Below are positions 11,999 to 25,916 of a stretch of 64,000 nt of DNA, piece by piece. The notes beneath the pieces were generated by a model, which made no database searches, had not been told where the DNA came from, and saw nothing but the letters and a program-made list of their open reading frames with translations. Origin of the DNA: Octopus bimaculoides (lineage: Eukaryota). The stretch's first letter is position 1. Each line of letters opens with the position of its first letter. Both the position numbers and the translations under genes were made by a program. Where the stretch lies: contig NC_068987.1 of NCBI RefSeq assembly GCF_001194135.2, forward strand, positions 19,746,857 to 19,810,856. Reading direction: 5' to 3'.

Positions 11999-12701
11999 AA
12001 AAATAAATACAAAAAAAGGGTTTTGTATGATCGTGTATAGAGGAGTATATTTTATTTAAAAGAGTTCCAACTTTGTTTTTTATGTTTTATTTATATTCTT
12101 GTAAAATTAATATAGGATATAGAATATGGAATATATAATACATATAATATAAAATAAAATAATATATATATATATACATATAGACATTTACAAACATTTA
12201 CAGATATACACACACATACATACATAATGTATAACATACACAGACAGAGAGAGAGAGAGAGAGATCAATCATCTGGTACTAGTCTACAGAAATTGAAGAA
12301 AAATGACCAAAGAGTGTGGGAGGCAAATGACAATTGCTGCTAGCACCAGCTGACAGTATGAACACACACATATACAAACAGATGCATGCACAGACACATA
12401 GATGCTGGCTGCCCCCACCATACATACGCAGTGACAGATATTAAACTGCCACAGATCCTTTTATAACTCCAAATAGGGGGGGGTGCACTACAAGGAGTAA
12501 AGAATTCAACAGAAACAATTATTTTATCTGTCAAATCTGTCTGTCTACACATAACACTTCATTGTAGAGTTTCAAAGTCATTCGCCTTACAGACACACAG
12601 ATACATAGATACATATCTATCATTCAAATACCCTACACACACATTATATAAAGCACACATCTATTCTCTCTCTCTCTCCACTCACACATGCTCAGGCAAT
12701 A

Positions 12702-13100
12702 TACTGGATCATCCCATAAATAATGCAGGGTTTTTTCATGCTCTTTTATTTTTCAAAATTAAGATAAAGTTATTTTTGTATCTAAAATATCCTCTCCTTC
12801 ACTTTCTACAATGCTCTTCCATCTATCTGGTAGACTTGCAAAGCCCACCCTTCCAAAATTTGTTTCTCCGTGATGAAAAATACTCCTCCGGTCCTGTTCT
12901 GACTTCATCTACAGAATTCATATTTTTTCTGTCCAAATCATCTTGAAGACGGCACAATAAATGATAATCAGATGGGGCAATGTCCAGCGAACATGGTGGG
13001 TGAGGCATTGTTTCCCATTCAAACTGCTTCAGCCTTTGGAATGTCATCCTCACTGTATGTGGCTGAGCATTATCCTGGTGGAAGAAGCAAGTTATGTTAC
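12702..13100 (-). mobile_element. mariner transposase 3' remnant with terminal TIR
   Basis: Minus strand FHQDNAQPHT...HPPCSLDIAPSDYHLL (mariner HDNA and YSPDLAPSDY, D,D34D motifs); TA at 12700-12701 then TIR-like tactggatcatcccataaataatg. Confidence 0.9.
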
Positions 13101-13329
13101 ATCACAGGTTTGATACAATCCAAACTTTTGAAGTGAAATTGGGTGAAAGGAAAAGTTGTGGAAACTTATTAGGAGAGAGTCGAGGATTTGTCAGAACACT
13201 GTATCACAATCTTTTATCATATTTCTCTTGAAATACAGGTTTTGTTTCAGTTAATTTAAAAAATATTTTCCATGCTGGCATGGGTGGACAATTTAACAAG
13301 AGCTGGCAAACTGGAGGGTTGTGCTAATG

Positions 13330-13470
13330 TAACTCCATTATTAATCTGGTGTTTGGAACATAGACTAGCATGAAATTTTGATGGAAAGTTGTAATTAAGA
13401 TAATTTTAAAACAGAGTTTGAATCCTTGAACCAGAGGCAGTTTCAGGCACATTGGCATTAAAAGGGTTAA
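13330..13470. mobile_element. piggyBac-type MITE fragment
   Basis: Ends ...aaagggttaa (GGG plus TTAA); reverse complement resembles 17412-17485 and 17793-17820. Confidence 0.6.
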
Positions 13471-14477
13471 GGAGTACAGATGTACATGGAATAGTCAGTC
13501 GTTCACATTACAATAAATAATTTCATTGATTCAAGCGATAAGAATATTCTTATTCAAATCTTTTTTTATTCTTTCTACTTTGGTACCATTAGTAGGCTTA
13601 GTATACAAAGGGATCAACTATAATTTATTTGCTCACAATTGATCACATATAGATATAATCAAAGTGGCACCAGCTGTTGTTTTTGTAGTGATGGGAGCTG
13701 TTGTCTTTGTAGTCTTTGTAATGGTGGGAGCCAACAAGATATATTCATACCACCCAACAGCTTGATTTAAGTTAGTGGGTCATTTCATTTCTTTGAAGTG
13801 CTTGCCTCATAAATATGTATATGTGTGTGTGAATGATTCTCCCGTTGGCTTCAATTTATGAAGGGTCCAATAGTTTAGTAGAATATTTTTAGCTGCCACA
13901 GAACTGTACTGAACAGTTAGACTGCCCACACAGATGATTTGATTATAATGACAAAGATTTGTGAAGAACCAGTTGCACCAAAAACAGTAAAATTGAACAC
14001 TCCACAGTTTTGAATCTGAGCAACCTTCTAGAGACATGCATTAACAAAAGCCAAGGGATGCCTTATTCCACATCATTATCTTTTAATGTCCATTTTCCAT
14101 GGGTTCATTAGTCTGACAGATCAGAGGGAAGAGCGATACAATAAAGATGGATCTAAGACGAAAGACCACTAACTTAACACCACCACAATTACAAACTGAC
14201 AAATTACAAATTGTAGATATCCCATACATCTAATCTATTGATATGATTGAACTTATACCCTTATCAGTAACATGGTATTTTCATGGCAGCAAAATATACC
14301 ATCATTTTAAAGTCCACTTTTCTGTGCTCACATGGGTTGGACAGAATTTGTTGAAGGAAATTTTCTACAGCTGGATGCCTTTCCTGTCACTAACTAACCT
14401 GCAAGGTAATAGTCCCCTATGACAAGGCATTACATTGACACTCATGACTATCATGTGATATCAAGGCAAGGAGACAA

Positions 14478-14512
<35 letters not shown>

Positions 14513-14590
14513 CACATACATACACAAGAAGAGAGAGGGGATAAACTGTGATTTAGGTTTACTATCAGTGGTATCTTACATAAGTTATTT

Positions 14591-14883
14591 ATTCTTTTAT
14601 TCTTTTGTTTCAGTCAGCTGACTGCAGCCATGCTAGAGCACTGCCTTGAAGGGTTTTAGTTGAACAAACCGACCCCAGCCTAGTACTTGGTGATGGGGGT
14701 GGGTATCAAACACAGACACAAAGACACACTTCTTTCAGTTTCTGTCTATCAACTCCATGCACAAGGCTTTGGTTGGCCCAAAGCTATAGTAGAAGACATT
14801 TGTCCAAGGTGCCAGACAGTAGGACTGAACTTGGAACCATGTAGTTGGGAAGCAAGCTTCTTACCCCACAGCCATGCCGGTGC
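14591..14883 (-). mobile_element. SINE family A
   Basis: Family-A 3' end and head motifs in order. Confidence 0.8.
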
Positions 14884-15005
14884 TGTTCATATATTTTGAA
14901 ATTCAATGTCTTCTGTGGAAAATCATACTAATGTCCACTTTTCTATGCATGCATGGGTCAGATAAAATTTGTTGAGGTAGATTTTCTATGGTTTGATGCC
15001 TGATC

Positions 15006-15361
15006 TTCCTGATCTCCATCAAAACCTCCACACAGTACTCTTTGTTGACCATCTGGTCAGAAGAAACCCAGTAGGTGTAGGTGATGTCCTTGCAGTCAAA
15101 AAAAGGGGACCATCTTGAGCTTCATAGTAGATTTACTTTGACTGACCACTTGTGCCAGCAAAAAAAACAGATGCTCAGCTCATACAAGTTAATCCATAAG
15201 CAGCCTGGAGCATTTCATAAGTCTCTAGAGTGATTTTGCCCAGTTTAACATGAAATTTTATTGCATAATGAGTTCCCAAATTGTCTTCACTTCCTGATGC
15301 CATTCTGCAAACTAGTCAGCTGTGATAAGCAGTGTTTAAAAGGCTGTTACAGCCATCCTCT
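15006..15361 (-). mobile_element. Internally deleted mariner remnant
   Basis: Minus strand AIKFHVKLGKITLETYEMLQAAYG (mariner N-terminus) joined to KMVPFFDCKDITYTYWVSSDQMVNKEYCVEVL (decayed central region). Confidence 0.75.
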
Positions 15362-17415
15362 TCAATTCTGAACAACAAAAGTTGGCCTGTCAGCTTATTA
15401 AATGTAATGATATTCTACAATTACAATAATAATAATAATTACAATAATATTCTACAATTACAATAATCAAGGCCAGTTATAACTGCCCCTCCTAAAAAAA
15501 ATCTCAACTTCTGGAATGCATTTCATGTGTGTATGTATGTGTGTGTGTGTGTGTGAGATATGAGCACCAGTCTATGGGAGCAGTGACCTCGACCAACAAA
15601 TAAGGTAGACCACAGTGACCCATTCAATGTATGCCAGTATGGAAACCAGACTGATGACAATGAATGATAATATGTATGAATGTGTGTGTGCAATATAAGA
15701 GAAAGAAAGTAGATATAAAGAGGAGAGGCCTGCTATTTAAAAGGTAATCGAAACATAACCAAGATAAAAATCTCAAAACGACTACTGAGTGAGCTGTTTG
15801 ACTGGTGTAAACTACTATAGTGATAACACATTAGGAAGAGATATACACTATAGTGATTAAGAAGCTTTTGTTTTATCTTGCTGAATAACTTGACTTCTGG
15901 ACATGTCCACAAGACAAGTTGAATGAGCCATGTTTACTGTTGGTGGTGATGGGTTATAATGGTGGTGTTGATGGTGATAGTGACAGTGTTAGTAGTGGTA
16001 GAAGAGAAAGGCATAAGATGTACTGAAAATGATGATGAGAGCCAAGATGTTTAGATCCTTGACTGAGCAAGCCAATGACGGCAAGTATTCCAGCCATACC
16101 CATTCTGTCTTTCATCAAGGCATAATGCATCTAAGACTACATTATCCAATGTGTCCAATTAAAACAAAAACTAGAAAGAAAAAGAAAAAAAAGACAGCAA
16201 GACAAAAAGACAAAAAAGACAGAGAGTAATTCGAGGTAGATTTGCCTATTTCTAGCAACTAGATAGACCATGAAGAGACTCCTCTGCTGGCTCATGTTGC
16301 TGCTTCTGCTGCTGATCGTTGCAAGTGCAATGCATTTAGAAAGCTGCAACATGTCAAAAGCATTGTCTGATATATTGTGCAGAAAGAAAAAAAGGAAAAA
16401 AAAAATATCTTGATAGAGATATGCAAAGCAAATACATGATGCACGTTGGAGGATGTTCAAAAAGTAATAAAAAAAGACATTANNNNNNNNNNNNNNNNNN
16501 NNNNNNNNNNNNNNNNNNNNNNNNNNNNNNNNNNNNNNNNNNNNNNNNNNNNNNNNNNNNNNNNNNNNNNNNNNNNNNNNNNNNNNNNNNNNNNNNNNNN
16601 NNNNNNNNNNNNNNNNNNNNNNNNNNNNNNNNNNNNNNNNNNNNNNNNNNNNNNNNNNNNNNNNNNNNNNNNNNNNNNNNNNNNNNNNNNNNNNNNNNNN
16701 NNNNNNNNNNNNNNNNNNNNNNNNNNNNNNNNNNNNNNNNNNNNNNNNNNNNNNNNNNNNNNNNNNNNNNNNNNNNNNNNNNNNNNNNNNNNNNNNNNNN
16801 NNNNNNNNNNNNNNNNNNNNNNNNNNNNNNNNNNNNNNNNNNNNNNNNNNNNNNNNNNNNNNNNNNNNNNNNNNNNNNNNNNNNNNNNNNNNNNNNNNNN
16901 NNNNNNNNNNNNNNNNNNNNNNNNNNNNNNNNNNNNNNNNNNNNNNNNNNNNNNNNNNNNNNNNNNNNNNNNNNNNNNNNNNNNNNNNNNNNNNNNNNNN
17001 NNNNNNNNNNNNNNNNNNNNNNNNNNNNNNNNNNNNNNNNNNNNNNNNNNNNNNNNNNNNNNNNNNNNNNNNNNNNNNNNNNNNNNNNNNNNNNNNNNNN
17101 NNNNNNNNNNNNNNNNNNNNNNNNNNNNNNNNNNNNNNNNNNNNNNNNNNNNNNNNNNNNNNNNNNNNNNNNNNNNNNNNNNNNNNNNNNNNNNNNNNNN
17201 NNNNNNNNNNNNNNNNNNNNNNNNNNNNNNNNNNNNNNNNNNNNNNNNNNNNNNNNNNNNNNNNNNNNNNNNNNNNNNNNNNNNNNNNNNNNNNNNNNNN
17301 NNCCTCCACAGCATCAGATTTATACTAACTGTAAATCACAGCCTTAAATTATTATCAATATAATACAAAGATCCTGATATGTTCAAACATGCGCTTAAAA
17401 ATTGTACCCCCTTAA

Positions 17416-17830
17416 CCCTTTTGACACCAACTTGCCTGAGACCAGTGTTGCTCCATGATACAAACTTTGTTTTAAGGTATCTTCATTAACCCCTTCCTTG
17501 GCGACTTTGAGAAAACATTTCATTTGCAGATTAATTTTTTTTTTTTTATCAGACAAGCTTGCACTCTCATCTGATGTATCCAAGCTTCTAATAGAAGGTT
17601 CATACTCATTGTCATCTTCTGAGCTCGACATCTGGGCATAATTTGTAAAAGATAAAAACTGAGAATTGATGTATAAACTCATCTGTGGCTGTTTTTGAAA
17701 TTATATATTTTGGACGAGTTTACTCATCACACTCTGAAGACGACAAACTGGGTGAAGACAAGTTAACTCGTCTTTGCCGGGTAAGGGGTTAAAAACCACC
17801 CATGAAAATTTCATATTATGTATGTTAGCT
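17416..17830. mobile_element. piggyBac-type MITE interrupted by a nested element
   Basis: ttaa|cccttttgacaccaac start; sequence resumes as aaaccacccatgaaaatttcat after 17792. Confidence 0.6.
17490..17788 (-). mobile_element. piggyBac deletion derivative with acidic transposase N-terminus
   Basis: TTAA TSD at 17486-17489 and 17789-17792; imperfect TIRs ccccttccttggc / gccgggtaagggg; minus ORF MSSSEDDNEYEPSIRSLDTSDES resembles piggyBac N-termini. Confidence 0.75.
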
Positions 17831-17984
17831 GTGGCCATACTGATTATTTAAGTTTGGGAGATTTAGCTGCTATTACTAGCAGATCAAAAGACTACATAGA
17901 GGCACCATTCGGTTAGAACTTTGTACCAGTTAAGGTGATTTTGTTTTGCTGGACAATCGTAGTGCTGCTGCTGATCTTAGTGAT

Positions 17985-18205
17985 AACTCTTTCTAAATTT
18001 GGCACAAGGCCAGCAATTTTGAGGGGAGGGGGATGCCAATTACATCACCGCCTTCTCCACCGTGCTTGGGTGGTACTTATTTTATCGACCCCAAAAGGAT
18101 GAAAGGCAAAGTCGACCTCGGCGGAATGCAAGCTCAGAACATAAAGAGCTGGAAGAAATGCCATTAAGCATTTTGTCCGGCAGAGTAACAATTCTGCCAA
18201 GTTGC
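17985..18205 (-). mobile_element. SINE family B
   Basis: tggtacttattttatcgaccccaaaaggatgaaaggcaaagtcgacctcggcggaat. Confidence 0.85.
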
Positions 18206-18374
18206 TGCCTTGATGATGATAAGAATAACAGCCGGTTTGTTCATGGTTATTGTACTGCTGCTAATGATGATGATGATGAATATTTACTCCCTTTAATGAC
18301 AATTCCTAGTTGGCTCAAACAATAATTCCATTATAAATCTAACATATATCATGCAGAAGAATAATTCCTGATAG

Positions 18375-18525
18375 CTGTGTGTGTGTGTGTATGTGTGCAC
18401 ATGCATGTGTGTGTACATGTGTGTGTATGTGTGCATGCATGTGTGTACATGCGTGTGTGTATGTGTGCACATGTGTATGCATGCGTGTGTGTATGTGTGC
18501 ACATGTGTATGCATGCATGTGTTTG
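18375..18525. repeat. Compound (TG)n / gtgcacatgcat minisatellite
   Basis: Recurrent tatgtgtgcacatg(tg)tatgcatg units. Confidence 0.8.
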
Positions 18526-18601
18526 TGTGAGTCCTCCCACCAAGAACGTGCAGTGAGAGAGAAACATACCTCATCTCACACATTCCCCTCTTCTCGACCA
18601 C

Positions 18602-18643
<42 letters not shown>

Positions 18644-19428
18644 TACATGAACACACACTACCACCACTGCAGCTGCCGCCACCACCACCACCTAATTAAT
18701 GACCACGGACTCCATGTTTGTTTATTCATTTGGCTAAGGCAGGTAATCAATCCGTAAACGATCATAAAATCCACTAATTAAATGCATGCAAATTAGTGCA
18801 TCACGTACACATTTAAAGACAAAAACAAAAAATGCCCTCCTCCTCCACAGCCATCTTCCTCCCATCCAAGGTGGTTCCATGTGGGCCCCTTTNNNNNNNN
18901 NNNNNNNNNNNNNNNNNNNNNNNNNNNNNNNNNNNNNNNNNNNNNNNNNNNNNNNNNNNNNNNNNNNNNNNNNNNNNNNNNNNNNNNNNNNNNNNNNNNN
19001 NNNNNNNNNNNNNNNNNNNNNNNNNNNNNNNNNNNNNNNNNNNNNNNNNNNNNNNNNNNNNNNNNNNNNNNNNNNNNNNNNNNNNNNNNNNNNNNNNNNN
19101 NNNNNNNNNNNNNNNNNNNNNNNNNNNNNNNNNNNNNNNNNNNNNNNNNNNNNNNNNNNNNNNNNNNNNNNNNNNNNNNNNNNNNNNNNNNNNNNNNNNN
19201 NNNNNNNNNNNNNNNNNNNNNNNNNNNNNNNNNNNNNNNNNNNNNNNNNNNNNNNNNNNNNNNNNNNNNNNNNNNNNNNNNNNNNNNNNNNNNNNNNNNN
19301 NNNNNNNNNNNNNNNNNNNNNNNNNNNNNNNNNNNNNNNNNNNNNNNNNNNNNNNNNNNNNNNNNNNNNNNNNNNNNNNNNNNNNNNNNNGAGAGAGAGA
19401 GTGTGAGAGAGAGAGAGTGAGAGAGAGA

Positions 19429-19463
<35 letters not shown>

Positions 19464-20250
19464 TGTGTGTGTGTGTGTGAGTGAGAGAGAGTGTGCATGT
19501 GTGACAGTGTGTGTGTATGTGAGAGAGTGAGTGTGTGTGTGTGTGTGCGTGCATGTATGCGCATGTGAGTTGGCAAGTGTGCGCGTGTGCATGTGTGTTG
19601 GTGCGAGTGTGCATTGGCTTCTGATTGGACCCTGTGGAGGAAGTGCCTGAAGACTCTACCCAACCCCAATGACCCTCTCAGGAATAGGGAGTTGAAGAAG
19701 ATGGACAAATGGATTTCCTTCTCTAACCTTGCTTTCCCTGGAGTAGTTCAAGACAAAAGCATTAACCATATCAACAACCCCCACCTCAGAGGGCTTGCCA
19801 AGATGATGAGCGCAGCCCCTTCCTTCAGATCAAGCCAGGATAAAAAGAAAAAAGAAAAAAAATTATTATTATGCCAATTATTCTAAACTCTAAGAATTAT
19901 TGCAAAGTTATCAACTTCCAGCCTCACACAACCAACCAACACACAGAATACACACTACTTGTACACAGGAAACAAGTAGCTTCTGTACCACTAACCTAAC
20001 TCTTATATTGATGCTGCAAACATTTTCAAAATTTTTAAAAAACAAAAATAACTCTTTGGGTTTCACTTTTTTAAACCCAATAAACACCCACCCAACCAAC
20101 CAACCATCCATCCATCCATCCACCACTATGGAATTTAGCATCAATTAAAGTAGCAAGAGGAAACTCCTACACAGGAAAACCGGAGTCATTTTTTATTAGA
20201 TATTGAACTTGATATTGGAACAAACAGAAGTTTTTTGGGGTTTTTTTTCG

Positions 20251-20295
<45 letters not shown>

Positions 20296-20708
20296 AAAAA
20301 AACAAACAAACCCACAAAGACATTGATTTCTGAGATCACTTGTATACAAGACAGACCTATGCTGATGGATTCTTTAACACAATTTGCTAAATTAAAGAAA
20401 TCATATTTATATAATTGTATGTACTCACGTGTAAAACAGACACGTGTATATGTGTAATGCTGATATGGGCATGTGTTGCAGCTATCATAAAAGAAATCAT
20501 TATTATTAGAATATTGGGGAAAAAAAAATGCTTTGCAGTATTAGTTCCAGATCTTCTGGTTTCAAATCACTCCAAGGTCAACTTTAACTTTCATTCTATC
20601 AGAGTCAGTAAAATAAAGTACCAGTCAAGTATTGGAGTACAAGAAATCAAGTAAACTCCTCCCCTCAAATCTACTGACCTTGCTCCCAAATCCTTAATTA
20701 TAATTATT

Positions 20709-20743
<35 letters not shown>

Positions 20744-20754
20744 ATAATAATAAT

Positions 20755-20970
20755 AAGGTGGCAAGCTGGCAGAATCATTAGCATGCCAGGCAAAACGCTT
20801 AGCAGCATTTCATCTGTTTTTATGTCCTGGGTTCAAATTCTGCCAAAGCTGATTTTGTCTTTCATTCTTTCAGGGTCAATAACGTAAGTACCAGTTGAAC
20901 TCTGGGGGTTGATGTAATCAATTTACCTACTCCCTCAAACTTGCAGGCCTTGAGCCAAAATTTTTTGAAA
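20755..20970 (+). mobile_element. SINE family B preceded by (agt)n(aat)n
   Basis: aaggtggcaagctggcagaatc...gggttcaaattc...aagtaccagttg...aggccttgagccaaaatttt. Confidence 0.8.
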
Positions 20971-21384
20971 TCATTATTATTATATCAAGGCACTGACCAA
21001 ACAGAATCATTTGAGCATCAGAAAAAATGCTTTGTATTAGTTTAATCCAGATTTTCATGATTACGACCCTGCTTTCCGGGACCAGTGACTGATGCTTAGA
21101 AGGAAGTTACTTTCACATAGGACACCAACCATCGATGGTTGAAACAGAGTGGGTTCCTCATTCAGAGTGTGCTCTGATCTCAGTAGGAGCCAGTAACTAA
21201 AATATAGATCTCAAGAATATGAGACAGAGATGAGCAATACAAAAGAGTAAAGTATCTGAGACCCCAATATCTAAACAGATCAAGTCATCGAACAGTTTTT
21301 AGCCCTAGGTCAAATTTTGACTTAATGAACCTAGATCAAAGGTATTTCAGTTGTAATGACCCCCAACTTCTATATCATCATCAG

Positions 21385-21791
21385 TACTCTTTTACTTGTT
21401 TCAGTCATTTGACTGTGGCCATGCTGGAGCACCGCCTTTAGTCGAGCAAATCGGCCCCAGGACTTATTCTTTGGAAGCCTAGTACTTATTCTATCGGTCT
21501 CTTTTGCCAAACCGCTAAGTTACGGGGACGCAAACACATCAGCATCGGTTGTCAAGCGATGTTGGGGGGGGGGGAACAAACACAGACACACAAACACACA
21601 TACATACATACATACATATATATATATACGACTGGCTTCTTTCAGTTTCTGTCTACCAAATCCACTCACAAGGCTTTGGTCGGCCCGAGGCTATAGTAGA
21701 AGACACTTGCCGAAGGTGCCACACAGTGGGACTGAACACAGAACCATGTGGTTGGTAAGCAAGCTACTTACCACATGGACACTCCTGCGCC
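21385..21791 (-). mobile_element. SINE family A, young full-length (tRNA head, CORE-like segment, internal microsatellite)
   Basis: Sense strand: A-box-like head, ggttctgtgttcagtccc B-box region, ggcaccttcggcaagtgtctt (resembles CORE ccttgggcaagtca); CpG retained; highly similar to 22657-23054. Confidence 0.9.
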
Positions 21792-22656
21792 TGGATATAA
21801 TTTGAGAAAAATTTGACTGCTGTTTCTAACAGATCATTAGCTAGAGTTTGACATTATGAGACTTGGAGGGAATGACAATGTCCACAAGGACAAAATGTGG
21901 GAGTGTGTATATGAAATTATGGTATCAGAAAAGAGTTCCATCTCAGATCAAGTTTGAAGTATTTTGAGCATGGACAGCAAATAGAGCGAATTTCTGTTGA
22001 GATATGAAGTGCTGATCTTTTGGCTAGTAAACCAACACACTGTAAACTCAATCAGCTGCAACACATGTATCAAACTCATTGGTCTCTGAGGACCGGCAAA
22101 GGCCATGAGTACAGCTCCTTCCCCAGACCAAGTCAAGAACACCTACACGCACCACAATGTGATATTAAGAATGAAGGATAACGGAGGAAAATGTAAGTCT
22201 AGGATAAGTATACCATATAACAGATAAGATTGAATAGAGCAGGTATCCAATTATAAAGTAATAACAACAATAATAATAATAATAATCGTATGCAAGAGGG
22301 GTTATTGATAGTTTCAAGAATGTGAGGTTATCGTTATGCAAGTTGAGTTTGTGTGTGTGTGTGTGTGTGTGTGCAATGCTGCTTTGGAAAATATTGCTTA
22401 CTTGGATGGATGAAGGTAGAGAGATGAAGAAAGAAATAGTAATGGATATGGGGAGAGAGAGAGAGTGTGTGTGTTGAGATGGAAGTCAGTCAGAGAGAGT
22501 GAGGCCGAGAGTAAACACCAACAATCAATATTCCGAATAGTAAATTTTCCTACTCTCATAACAAATCGATAGCAACAACAACAACAACAACAACAACAAC
22601 AGAAGTAAATCAGCAAATAGATGTAACTCAAGGAATTGTAAATATTCAGGGATATA

Positions 22657-23054
22657 TACTCTTTTACTTGTTTCAGTCATTTGACTGCGGCCATGCTGGA
22701 GCACCGCCTTTAGTCGAGCAAATCGACCCCAGGACTTATTCTGTGGAAGCCTAGTACTTATTCTATCGGTCTCTTTTGCCGAACCGCTAAGTTACGGGGA
22801 CGTAAACACACCAGCATCGGTTGTCAAGCGATGTTGGGGGGGACAAACACAGACACACAAACATATACACACACATACATATGCATATATATATATACAA
22901 TGGGCTTCTTTCAGTTTCCGTCTACCAAATCCACTCACAACACTTTGGTTGGCCCGAGGCTATAGTAGAAGACACTTGCCCAAGGTGCCATGCAGTGGGA
23001 ATGAACCCAGAACCATGTGGTTGGTAAGCAAGCTACTTACCACACAGCCACTCC
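22657..23054 (-). mobile_element. SINE family A, young full-length
   Basis: Highly similar to 21385-21791 and 50606-51151. Confidence 0.9.
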
Positions 23055-23538
23055 ATATAAAACAAAAAAAAAAAGGAACCTTCGAATGACTGGAAGTTAC
23101 TGTAGTGAGGACATAATATAACTAAAAAAAAAAAGGGATAAAAAAAGACAAAAAAATAGTTTCAAATATAGGCACAAGCAGTAGTAGGGTCAGGTTCCAA
23201 AGTTAGAGGGAGCAAACACATGAAAATAAAAAAGGCACCATGATACATACCAAACAATTTTTAACTCATTTCTCTTATATTGAGTGAAATATTTCATTAG
23301 TTATAATACACTTAGTTGTATTCTATATTCGTTAATTCTATGTTTCAGTAACAATGTTATTTTGTATGAAACTTGTAACTGCTAATATAGGTTATGACAT
23401 CAGGGATTGTTTTGGCTTTTCAAATGTCAGCAACCAACGTATCGTATCGCAGGAGATTGAGCAGACAATTAAAAAAAAACATGGGAGGTTGGTCAAATAA
23501 AGTAAGGATTTCAGAGAGTTCTTCCAAGGTCATGCAAT

Positions 23539-23627
23539 TACTCTTTTACTCTTTTACTTGTTTCAGTCATTTGACTGCGGCCATGCTGGAGCACCGCCTT
23601 AAGTCAAGCAAATTGACCCCAGGACTT
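23539..23627 (-). mobile_element. SINE family A 3' fragment
   Basis: tactcttttactcttttacttgtttcagtcatttgactgcggccatgctggagc. Confidence 0.8.
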
Positions 23628-23869
23628 CTTAACTATACAGCCACAAGTTTCAACTTTATAGAAAGGGAAACACCCAATTGGACAAACTCTAATACTTACC
23701 CGATACTTCTTATGTCAACCCCAATGGAAGTTTAACTCGGCTGCATGAAAAAAAACCTAACTGAACACCACAAGGCATTTTCTTTGACGTTTTAACAATT
23801 CTGCCAATCCACCAACTGAATTATTTTAAAATTGGTTCCATCGGTTTCAGTTCACTGGAACAGATTGCT

Positions 23870-24105
23870 CATGAAATTAATGTGCAAGTGGCTGAGTACT
23901 CTATTAACACATATACCCTTAATGTAGTTCTGAAGGAGATACGGTGTGACACATAGTGACAAGGCTGGCCCTTTCAATTACAGGTACAATTCATTTTTGC
24001 TCGCTGAGTGGGCAAAAGCAATGTGAAATAAAATGTCATCAGGAATTGAACTCATGACCCTACGACTGTGAGCCATATACCCTAACCACTACACCACACA
24101 CCTTC
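23870..24105 (-). mobile_element. Decayed SINE with family-C-type 3' region and a different tRNA head
   Basis: aattaatgtgcaagtggctgag...gtgacaaggctggccctttcaattacagg then gaattgaactcatgacc...ccctaaccact. Confidence 0.7.
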
Positions 24106-25423
24106 AGCAATTGAATTATGCTATTTTGATATCATTAGCCAGTTGAGACAATTGATACCTCTCACTTGCAATATCTTCATATTACGGATTTGAAGCAAAA
24201 ATTTAAAAACAAACAACAAAACTATGTCTACTATATGTGGCATCCCAGCAGTTAGAGTGAGGAGGAAGCAGAGGGGGAAGAGGAGGAGGAGTAGCAGATG
24301 TTACTGTCAGTTATAGGAATTACTTGCTATTCATTGTTTAATACAAATGCTTGTCTTTGTGGTGGTCTATGAATAGACTGACAAACTAAATAGAGGTATC
24401 ACAACAACAACAATCAAGTGTCGAGAATCTCCAAGCTCAGTCTTGATCTAGAAGACTTCAAACTCTAAAACATCCATCCCTTTGTGACTTTTGGTTTCAA
24501 GTATAGAACTACCTTATCCAATGTGCAAGAAAGAGATAAAGAAAAAGAGAAAGATTTGACTGCTATTTCTAGCAGAGTGAAAAACCACATTAGTAGCTCC
24601 CTCATTGACTTATGTTCTTGTCTGATTGGTGTTGCTTAACCTCAAATCAGCCCTGATCAAGCAGATCTATGTATGATCAAACAATCCATCCTTGACCATC
24701 CCATCTGTTTCCTAAGTGCTGAGACTTCAAGAGACCTCATTATTTAATATGTCCTTTTCTAAAATGCTGGGATGTGATTTGTGAGAGACTTAGCTGCTAC
24801 TTTTAGCAGGTTGAGTGATTAGTGAGAGGCATCCTTGAAGGTGACAGCAACCAGATCCTCCTCTGGGTTGGCATAGGCAGAGAGGTGGTCAGCTGAAGAC
24901 GTGGTCATGACAGTCAAAGAAGATAGGGAGCATATTTCTGGCCCTTGAGTCTTTGGCATTTGTCACTGGAACCAGAAATGGCTTCAACCATGATGTGGTG
25001 AACTCAATAGGAGCCAGCTTCACCCCTCCCACATGAATGTTGTTACAAGAGGAGACCCTTGACTTGTTCGTTTCAGGCTAGAAAAGCAGATGGAAGAAAG
25101 AGCCTTAAGGAAAATAACACAACATAAAACCTAACTAATCTACAAAGAGAGCCTCTATGCAGTCACTTGAATTTGTTAGAAATACCAGCCAAATCTCCCA
25201 CAATCACATCCATTTATCTTTGAGAGAGAGGAGGGGAGAAAGAGGGAGAATGGGGGAGAGAAGGGGGGATAAAGAGGGAGAGAGGAAGAGAAGGAGAGAG
25301 GAAGAGAGGGAGAGAGATAAGAAAAAGGGAGAGAGAGAAAGATAGAAATAGAGAGAGATAGAGAGAGAGAAAGAAAGAGAAAGAAAGAAAATAAAAGAGA
25401 GAAAGAATGAGAAAGAGAAAGAA

Positions 25424-25458
<35 letters not shown>

Positions 25459-25916
25459 AAGAAAGAGAGAGAGAGAGAGAAAGAGAAAAGTGAGAGAAAG
25501 AGAGAGATGACAAACTGAGCAATGTAGCTTAAAGATAAAATATGATGGTATGGTTTGATCATAGCTGGAATACTGCTGCTAATCATAAGACCTGTTAATC
25601 TGTTAACCAGGGGCCAAACAACAACAACAACAACAAAAATACCCACATGCCTATCAGGAAAAGAGAAAGCAGAACAGCTCCAATACAAACATTAAAAATG
25701 CCTTAGTTAAAAGTCATCAACACTAGCATTAGTATATCAAGGAAAATTAATTAACTGCAGTCGAAATGTTTCTTTACGAAAAAAGAAGGTAGCTTCACAG
25801 AATTTTCATTGGAAATACAGAAACTACACTAAATAAAGGTGTGAGAATTCAAATTTGGAATATTAGATGTGCACACACAGGTAATATAAACATACATGTG
25901 TGTCTACACATACACA

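Noticed and set aside
13640-13760. Thr-rich frame APTITKTTKTTAPITTKTTAG (minus strand)
   Set aside because: Decayed trinucleotide-like repeat bounded by stops, with no convincing splice sites.
16270-16413. 47-aa ORF resembling a signal peptide (MKRLLCWLMLLLLLLIVASA...)
   Set aside because: Begins in a family D repeat, the Leu run comes from a (ctg) tract, and the basic tail comes from a poly-A run.
19587-19886. 99-aa ORF with ordinary-looking composition
   Set aside because: Starts in a microsatellite, ends in an A-run, no motif recognised and no acceptor/donor pair.
24880-25085. About 60-codon open frame on the minus strand after ttttctAG
   Set aside because: No recognisable homology; the region looks like an old retroelement fragment.
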